This document shows, in pieces, positions 58,396 through 64,000 of a stretch of DNA of 64,000 nucleotides. The notes beneath the pieces are model-generated. The model saw only the letters and a list, made by a program, of their open reading frames with translations, had not been told where the DNA came from and searched no databases. The position numbers and the translations under genes are program-made. Source of the DNA: Candidatus Nanohaloarchaea archaeon (GTDB lineage: Archaea > Nanohalarchaeota > Nanosalinia > Nanosalinales > Nanosalinaceae); assembly GCA_014297435.1 (NCBI GenBank), contig JACOQA010000003.1:64001-128000 (forward strand), in the 5' to 3' direction. Every line of letters begins with the position of its first letter. The first letter of the stretch is position 1.

Positions 58396-58492
58396 ATTCT
58401 CAATAATATTTCTTTCTAACTCATTTCTAGTTTAATTGCTAGCTGTGGTCAAACCACAGAGATATTTAAAAATTACCATTTCCAAGTAACAA

Positions 58493-59224
58493 ATGTTAGG
58501 TGGTAAAATGGAAAATAATGGCAAAAATAAAGCAGCCAGAGCTTTACTTGACATAAAAACCAGTGTTGCAGCAAAAACTGAAGGACATGTCGACAGACTT
58601 CAAACAGCAATAGCTCCGGACACGGAAGACAGAAGTATTGACTACAAAATTGAAGACAGAGAAGATCTAACAGTTTACAGAGGACCTAAATCAGTAACCG
58701 TCATGGAGGCATTAGACGCCGATCATTACTCATCAGGCGAACAGTTTGATACAGATCTCAAGCCAATTTCTGAGGACGACATTGAGATCATCGAACAGGA
58801 GACTTATCAAGAGCATAAAAAGTTAGATCCAGAGGAAGTTCTCGAAGCAGAAGAGAAGATTTACACCCAAAAAGCCAGTAGAGACGATGATAAACTCCTA
58901 GAACCGGATGCCAAATACCCTCATGATGATAAACTAGTATGGGACGTGTCTAGTGATGTTAGCAATTCCGTAACAGGGATCTACAACTCCATAGACGAGG
59001 CAGAACTTGAACTCGAATTTACCAAGGACATAACTGATGTAGAATTAGAAAAGGTACAGATCTTGGCAGAAAACATCCACAACCAGGACGATACATCAAC
59101 CTCCCTTCAAGACACTGTCGACTACTCAAAGTTTAAGTCCGAAGATACTTACGACAGGCTTCCAGAAGACATTGAGACCGGGATAGAATTAGATACGGAT
59201 TATTCGGACAGATTTGAGCTATAG
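58493..59224 (+). CDS. Acidic hypothetical protein
   Basis: 243-aa D/E-rich ORF. Confidence 0.65.
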   Translation: MLGGKMENNGKNKAARALLDIKTSVAAKTEGHVDRLQTAIAPDTEDRSIDYKIEDREDLTVYRGPKSVTVMEALDADHYSSGEQFDTDLKPISEDDIEIIEQETYQEHKKLDPEEVLEAEEKIYTQKASRDDDKLLEPDAKYPHDDKLVWDVSSDVSNSVTGIYNSIDEAELELEFTKDITDVELEKVQILAENIHNQDDTSTSLQDTVDYSKFKSEDTYDRLPEDIETGIELDTDYSDRFEL

Positions 59225-59374
59225 AATGTCACCAGGGGAGGTTTCCCCTTCCCTCTCTAAATATCGAGAAGGTTTCCAACCTAATTTAAAGTTTCTACCA
59301 GCTTCTAATTTTAGACGGTTCAACAGAGCGCTTCCTATTCCGGAAGGGCTTGACTGATTAAACTCGAGTTTGTT

Positions 59375-59460
59375 GCCGAGGTGACTGAGTGGCTAAAGGT
59401 GCCACCCTGGAAAGGTGGTGAGCGTTACAGCTCTCCTGGGTTCAAATCCCAGCCTCGGCG
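59375..59460 (+). tRNA. tRNA-Ser(GGA), probable provirus integration site
   Basis: GCCGAGG...CCTCGGC G; CCACC CTGGAAA GGTGG; long variable arm GAGC..GCTC. Confidence 0.95.
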
Positions 59461-59564
59461 TTTTTCAGCCGTTTCAGGCTCTAACGCCCGGTTTTAGTTC
59501 TCAACTTCTTCAAAATCCTAAAACTTCTCTAAACACTTCAATTCTTACTTAAGGGGTTTCTTTG

Positions 59565-59789
59565 ATGCCTAAGACAGATAGAGATGTTTATATGGAAGAT
59601 AGGGGACGTAAAGGTAAGCAAGATCGTCTTGATAGTTATGCGGATAGTCTAAAAGAATCCGAAGAGGAAAACTTGGATTTAGAAGAAGAACCAACTTTAG
59701 AAGAATCACTTAGTCCTGAAGAGCAACAGGCATTTCTTAAAATGGGCGAGAACGCCAAGAAACTGATTAAAGGTGATACGGATGCCTGA
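59565..59789 (+). CDS. Small proviral protein with PIP-box-like motif
   Basis: 74 aa; KQDRLDSY followed by an acidic tract. Confidence 0.6.
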   Translation: MPKTDRDVYMEDRGRKGKQDRLDSYADSLKESEEENLDLEEEPTLEESLSPEEQQAFLKMGENAKKLIKGDTDA

Positions 59790-59934
59790 GTGTCCATATT
59801 GTGGTGAAGAATTTGAGTCAGAACATAAAGAAGGCGTTCATAGATCGAAAGAGCATGTGAATGAGGATAATATTACTCGCAAAAAGCAAACAGCGAGCAA
59901 AGGCGTATTTTACAAGAACAGCAACGGTGAATAG
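59782..59934 (+). CDS. C2H2 zinc-finger protein (50 aa, not in ORF track)
   Basis: AGGTGA SD; MPECPYCGEEFESEHKEGVHRSKEH... Confidence 0.75.
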   Translation: MPECPYCGEEFESEHKEGVHRSKEHVNEDNITRKKQTASKGVFYKNSNGE

Positions 59935-59935
59935 C

Positions 59936-60253
59936 ATGAAAGAACAAGAAGACAATCTAGAACAGCTTTTTATCAACGAAAAACCCTACAAAATGATTAT
60001 AAAACTGCTTAGAAACCGTCTAAAGGACGATTTATGTAAACATGATCTTTCTAAGGCGGTTGATTCCACTTATTCACACACAGTTAAAGTGGTTGATCGT
60101 TTTGAAGAACTAGAACTTATCGAAACCAAAAAAGAGGGTAGAAAAATGGTTATTACCCTAACATCAAAGGGTGTTGAGGTTGCTAAGGCTCTCGAAAACC
60201 TGGAATCTGTAAAAACAAAAAAGCTGGATTTAGAAGGAGTTGAATCTGCATGA
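59936..60253 (+). CDS. Winged-HTH (MarR/ArsR-like) regulator
   Basis: DLSKAVDSTYSHTVKVVDRFEELELIETKKEGRKMVITLTSKG. Confidence 0.85.
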   Translation: MKEQEDNLEQLFINEKPYKMIIKLLRNRLKDDLCKHDLSKAVDSTYSHTVKVVDRFEELELIETKKEGRKMVITLTSKGVEVAKALENLESVKTKKLDLEGVESA

Positions 60254-60363
60254 AAAAGGATTCAATCGCTCAACGTATCTATAACGATTGTAGAAGAAGT
60301 GGATTAGGACATAGCCATTCAATCCGTATAGTTAAAAGCCGTATTGGAGGTATTAAGCAGTAA
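60250..60363 (+). CDS. 37-aa basic proviral peptide (not in ORF track)
   Basis: ATGA overlap with previous stop; MKKDSIAQRIYNDCRRSGLGHSHSIRIVKSRIGGIKQ*. Confidence 0.5.
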   Translation: MKKDSIAQRIYNDCRRSGLGHSHSIRIVKSRIGGIKQ

Positions 60364-60527
60364 TGTCTGGTTTCTACCGAACCTGTTATTTATGCGGTGC
60401 AGAGATTGACCAAAAGAAAAATTCTAAGCGTTTTGAAATAGAAGGGGAACCTTCTGGAATTCTTTATGGTCATAAACATGAAGTAGAGCGGAAAATCCGG
60501 AGAAACGATAAATATGTAGAGGTTTAG
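60363..60527 (+). CDS. 54-aa CxxC protein (not in ORF track)
   Basis: GGAGGT SD, TAATG overlap; MSGFYRTCYLCGAEID...GHKHEVER... Confidence 0.6.
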   Translation: MSGFYRTCYLCGAEIDQKKNSKRFEIEGEPSGILYGHKHEVERKIRRNDKYVEV

Positions 60528-60531
60528 GAAC

Positions 60532-60975
60532 ATGGAAGAGGTTTCTAGCCTTAAAAGTCCTGAAGCTAGAATTGAATCTCTTGAAAAAGCTGTTAGGCAT
60601 TTGAAGGATAAAGTCAGAGAGTTAGAAGAACAAAAAGCCGATTTAAGCGATAGAGTACAGTTTCTTGAAAACAAAGAAGGAAAAAATCAGCCTAACAGAA
60701 AGTTTAAAGTTTCTAAAAGAATTACTAACGACAAAGGAGAATTAGAAAGAGATTTTTATGATGAAAGAGCTAAAAATGTCGCTAAAGAAGTTATGAAGCG
60801 TGGCAAAGCGAGAAGCGGCGAATTTGATAAAATACTCAGAGAACATGATGTCGACGTAAGTAACCCAACTAAATTGAATATAATGCGAAGATATGGCAAA
60901 GCCTTTGATTTTTTCAAGTTTAAAGGGCAGAAAAAAGGCGTTAGAAAGGAATCAGCTTTAATCCATACCCCTTAG
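60532..60975 (+). CDS. Coiled-coil plus basic putative DNA-binding proviral protein
   Basis: GAGGT SD; N-terminal heptads, K/R-rich C-terminal domain. Confidence 0.7.
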   Translation: MEEVSSLKSPEARIESLEKAVRHLKDKVRELEEQKADLSDRVQFLENKEGKNQPNRKFKVSKRITNDKGELERDFYDERAKNVAKEVMKRGKARSGEFDKILREHDVDVSNPTKLNIMRRYGKAFDFFKFKGQKKGVRKESALIHTP

Positions 60976-61006
60976 AACCCTATTTAGCTCATTATTTTTA
61001 GGTCGA

Positions 61007-61336
61007 AAAAACCTTAATTTTACACGTTTCTGAAAGAAAGGCATAGCCGGAAGTTTAAGGTTTTTGCGATATTGAAAACCTTAAACTATGTAGCTGGCTG
61101 GTTCTTCTTGTAAAATTCGGTTTTGTCTAGAAGTGTGAAAAAGCGGATTTAATGTTTAAGGTTTTCTAAAATATAACACCATTATATAACACTGTTATAC
61201 TTTAGAAGTACACTTACAGACTCTTAACGTTAATTTTTTGGCGTAATGACTAAACAGTAAAAAACAGCGTTAAAGCCTAAAACCTTAATCTTCGGGGGGT
61301 TGGGGTCTCTAAGAAACGTGTAAAATTAAGGTTTTT
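61007..61336. repeat. Perfect 25-bp inverted repeat enclosing alternating AAAACCTTAA decamers and a 13-bp hairpin
   Basis: AAAAACCTTAATTTTACACGTTTCT (61007-61031) / AGAAACGTGTAAAATTAAGGTTTTT (61312-61336); decamers at 61008+, 61055-, 61075+, 61156-, 61279+, 61326-. Confidence 0.9.
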
Positions 61337-61347
61337 AGCACGGACTT

Positions 61348-61368
61348 AATTATAACGCCGTTATAATT
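61348..61368. promoter_or_regulatory. Palindromic operator-like site in front of the structural operon
   Basis: AATTATAACG C CGTTATAATT, ending 11 bp before ATG 61380; related sites at 61172-61186 and 61185-61199. Confidence 0.6.
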
Positions 61369-61379
61369 TAGGACTAACT

Positions 61380-61814
61380 ATGAAACTATCAAACTTAACT
61401 CCCGGAAATTCGGACAGCTCCGGGGCGTTACTCGATTCCGGTGGTCGGGTCGCTGGTTCAATATTTCTTTTAGCGACTATGGCTCTTTTTGGCGGATTCG
61501 AACACGTCACGGGGTATTTAACTAGCGAGGCTTTTACTGTAGCCGGAGTTACCATGCTTTGGGCAGAAGTGGCGGTTATAGCGACTTCACTCTACGCGGT
61601 TGCTAACGCACAGACGACAAAGACAGGTATAAGCACGGCAGGAGCAACTTTACTTGTTTCAAGCGTGGCTTTTGTCTTTTCGAGCGGCTTGACTTCTTGG
61701 GTTAGTGGTTCTGCATCCAAGAGTCTTTTAATAACGGCTATTACGGCAGTAATCTATATAGCAACTATTGAAGGACGAGAGATAGGAGGTGCTGTGAAAA
61801 ATGTCACGAACTAA
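61380..61814 (+). CDS. Multi-TM protein, putative pleolipovirus internal membrane (matrix, VP3-like) protein
   Basis: 144 aa, about 4 hydrophobic helices, first gene of the operon that contains the spike-like gene. Confidence 0.65.
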   Translation: MKLSNLTPGNSDSSGALLDSGGRVAGSIFLLATMALFGGFEHVTGYLTSEAFTVAGVTMLWAEVAVIATSLYAVANAQTTKTGISTAGATLLVSSVAFVFSSGLTSWVSGSASKSLLITAITAVIYIATIEGREIGGAVKNVTN

Positions 61815-62826
61815 ACTGATCTTCGGCTCACTTGCCGTCCTAAGCCTCATAGGAATGGTTTCGACATCAACCGCCTACCTTTCAGCAACCGACAGCGGAT
61901 ACGACACCAGCAACTACATAACGATCACAGAACCGATCAACAAGACCACAGTTTTCTACGGCGATCTAGAACAAGGAGAAAGCGACACAATAAGTTTTGA
62001 AGCAACTGTAGACCTTCAAGCAATCGCAAACGACAAAGGCTACAATTCCCCAAGCGACTTGCATGTTGGAGCCGTAGTAGCCAACGGATTCGGAGACAAC
62101 CAAACAACCGCAAGCCTAGACAGCTACGGAACCATAAACAGAAACCTAACAAACGGAACGATGACAGTAACCGGTCAAATGCCACTTTACAACCTTAAAG
62201 ACCAGTTAGGAGACGCATTATGGAGCGAAGGCTACGGCTTCACAATATCGGCATTCAACGCCACGGACGGCTTCACAGAAGCCGACCTCACAAAGCTTGA
62301 AGCACGACATTCACACGCCTTCAAACTTGAAAGAGCACAAGACACACTCTTACAAGCAAACACCACAGAATCATGGAATTCAGCGGTCGAGACAACCACA
62401 GACTTCAAGTTTGAGAACGATTCAGCGAAAGCAACAAGCAAAAACGCATCACTACAGTTTAATGAAGTTCCAGCACAGATTTACGAAAGCCTAGAGATCG
62501 AAGTAAGCAAACAGGACGCCAACTCGAACGTAGACGCACAGATCGAATACCTCAACACCGGAAACAGCCGGACGGAAGCACTTAGTGACGGGTTGAACAC
62601 AATCGACCCGAATGTTCCGGACAACACGGAAGAGGTAAGAATCAGCATAGAAACCGACTCAGAGAACGTATCAATCGACTCTGTCAATCTATACGGCAGA
62701 TTCGACAATCTACAACTTACGCCTATAGGAGCTATAGGCGGTTCGGAGATCCCGATCATTTCAGATCTGTTGAACGGTCTGGAAAATCTGTTTAACGCGG
62801 TCTTGGAGTGGATTCCTTTCGTATGA
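61801..62826 (+). CDS. Secreted proviral glycoprotein (possible second spike/adhesin)
   Basis: Signal peptide, many sequons, beta-rich body, amphipathic C-terminus IPIISDLLNGLENLFNAVLEWIPFV. Confidence 0.65.
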   Translation: MSRTKLIFGSLAVLSLIGMVSTSTAYLSATDSGYDTSNYITITEPINKTTVFYGDLEQGESDTISFEATVDLQAIANDKGYNSPSDLHVGAVVANGFGDNQTTASLDSYGTINRNLTNGTMTVTGQMPLYNLKDQLGDALWSEGYGFTISAFNATDGFTEADLTKLEARHSHAFKLERAQDTLLQANTTESWNSAVETTTDFKFENDSAKATSKNASLQFNEVPAQIYESLEIEVSKQDANSNVDAQIEYLNTGNSRTEALSDGLNTIDPNVPDNTEEVRISIETDSENVSIDSVNLYGRFDNLQLTPIGAIGGSEIPIISDLLNGLENLFNAVLEWIPFV

Positions 62827-64000
62827 AGCGAAAGGTCGCCACTCTGACCCTAATTTCTCTTATCCTCATCAGCACCGCATCAGCCTTAGCTTTATCTTCT
62901 GTTGCCGTAGCCTCAGGTATTGGAGTTTGTGCTATTGATGCAGTTGCCGGAGACGGATGTTTCGGATTCGGCGGAGACGGAGAAATTGACGGAGCAACAC
63001 CAGACGAAGTTAAAAACAGCATATACGGCAACGGAGTATTTAGGGAAGATCAAAGACAACGCATGGTTACGCAGGTTTCTAGCTATGCGAATCAGAGCTA
63101 CGGAGTTTCGATGGGTCAAGCCAAAATGTACGGCATAGAAGCCCACAACAACGGTTCAGCGAAATCTGTAGCCTATAACAAGATCCAGAGCGAGGTAAAC
63201 GACTTTTACGCAACATATCAGCTTTCACTTATCAGAGACAGAAACACCGAAGCCCTCAAGTTCAACGAATCACTTAACACGATCCAAGCAACGAATGAAC
63301 TCAGCACAGAAGATGTTTTCAGAGTCAAAGCATCCTCTGACAGCCACTCAGGAAACGTCCATAATGCCGAGATCGTCGAGGAATCGGTAACTCTAGTCAA
63401 CGGATCAGAAATTAAAAGTTATCAAGTAAACGTAAGTTTCACAGATGGTTATACAGATAGTGAGATTGTTGAAGAGGTCTACACAGAACTAGGCAAGTTT
63501 AAGAGCGACCTATCCGATCCCGAAGCAGTCATCGGCAAGGACAGCGATGGCGATACTGCAAGATTTCTTGATAACAGCGATTACAGCGAAGCATGGAACG
63601 AAATTAACGGACATCGCCAAAGAGCGATTGACAACGTGAACAACGTCATCGACAAGGTTTACAGCCAGTACGACCCCGGAGAAATCGATTTGAAGGACAC
63701 GATGACCCCACTAGAACTCTTACAGACAGCATCAACCAACTACGAGGACACGGGCTATTACGGCTATGCGTCCCTTTCGTTGGAGTACATGGGTCTTTCA
63801 AGCAACGAAAGCTATGCGTTCAACGTGACATGGAACAACCAAGGTGTAGACGAGAAAACCGGGCACGGACAGTTATTTGTCAACAAGGACGACTTTAGCA
63901 ACGGTCTCGAAGTTGACACGACTTATGACGCATCGAATCGACCGGCTTGGTTCGTCCACAGCAACGACAACGGAAAAGCCCAAACAACACGCCTCAACGG
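62823..64000 (+). CDS. Pleolipovirus spike/fusion protein homologue (VP4/VP5-like), partial
   Basis: Frame is open from ATG 62823 to the window end; signal peptide, Gly/Ala-rich N-terminus, AKMYGIEAHNNGS...EVNDFYATYQ, TLVNGS, VYSQYDPGEIDLKDTMTPLE, GLEVDTTYDAS. Confidence 0.8.
   Translation, partial: MKRKVATLTLISLILISTASALALSSVAVASGIGVCAIDAVAGDGCFGFGGDGEIDGATPDEVKNSIYGNGVFREDQRQRMVTQVSSYANQSYGVSMGQAKMYGIEAHNNGSAKSVAYNKIQSEVNDFYATYQLSLIRDRNTEALKFNESLNTIQATNELSTEDVFRVKASSDSHSGNVHNAEIVEESVTLVNGSEIKSYQVNVSFTDGYTDSEIVEEVYTELGKFKSDLSDPEAVIGKDSDGDTARFLDNSDYSEAWNEINGHRQRAIDNVNNVIDKVYSQYDPGEIDLKDTMTPLELLQTASTNYEDTGYYGYASLSLEYMGLSSNESYAFNVTWNNQGVDEKTGHGQLFVNKDDFSNGLEVDTTYDASNRPAWFVHSNDNGKAQTTRLN

Larger units (their letters stand above)
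59461..64000 (+). mobile_element. Integrated pleolipovirus-like provirus, left portion (continues beyond window)
   Basis: Starts at a tRNA 3' end; AT-richer DNA and basic small ORFs; matrix-like membrane protein followed by a spike-like gene. Confidence 0.8.

Noticed and set aside
61007-61336. MITE/IS or CRISPR interpretation of the repeat region
   Set aside because: No target-site duplication or transposase; repeats are inverted and irregularly spaced, with no repeat-spacer periodicity
62920-63400. Short ORF-track calls at 62920-63138, 62792-63031, 62913-63146 and 63218-63400
   Set aside because: They overlap the long open spike-like frame starting at 62823, which explains the region better

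Overview
Archaeal chromosomal window, most likely from a nanohaloarchaeon (DPANN). This is inferred from the very acidic proteins in moderate-GC DNA, compact gene packing, split RpoB/RpoA and absence of rpl30e in the RNAP cluster. From left to right: a MoxR-DUF58-vWA operon facing a cluster of secreted or membrane-anchored Ig-like glycoproteins; glycosyltransferases; truD, pth2, herA-like ATPase, ndk, pheST, trpS, pgk, glyS, rhomboid, endA, rnhB, Nudix, an AsnB-Dph6 fusion, nucS and radC; then the rpoH-B''-B'-A'-A''-nusA-rps12-rps7-EF2-EF1a-rps10 cluster interrupted by accessory genes. Four tRNAs are present: Val-TAC with a non-canonical 32-nt D-arm intron, iMet, Lys-CTT and Ser-GGA. The main finding starts right after tRNA-Ser(GGA): the left part of an integrated pleolipovirus-like provirus. 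It has small regulatory ORFs, a roughly 400-bp control region with a perfect 25-bp inverted repeat and alternating decamers, a matrix-like membrane protein, an extra secreted protein, and a spike/fusogen-like ORF that the ORF track missed because it runs off the window. Other points of interest: an EndA with a loop insertion and apparent loss of the catalytic Lys, loss of RNAP zinc ligands, and several decayed accessory genes. All family assignments come from motif recognition by eye; no database searches were run.
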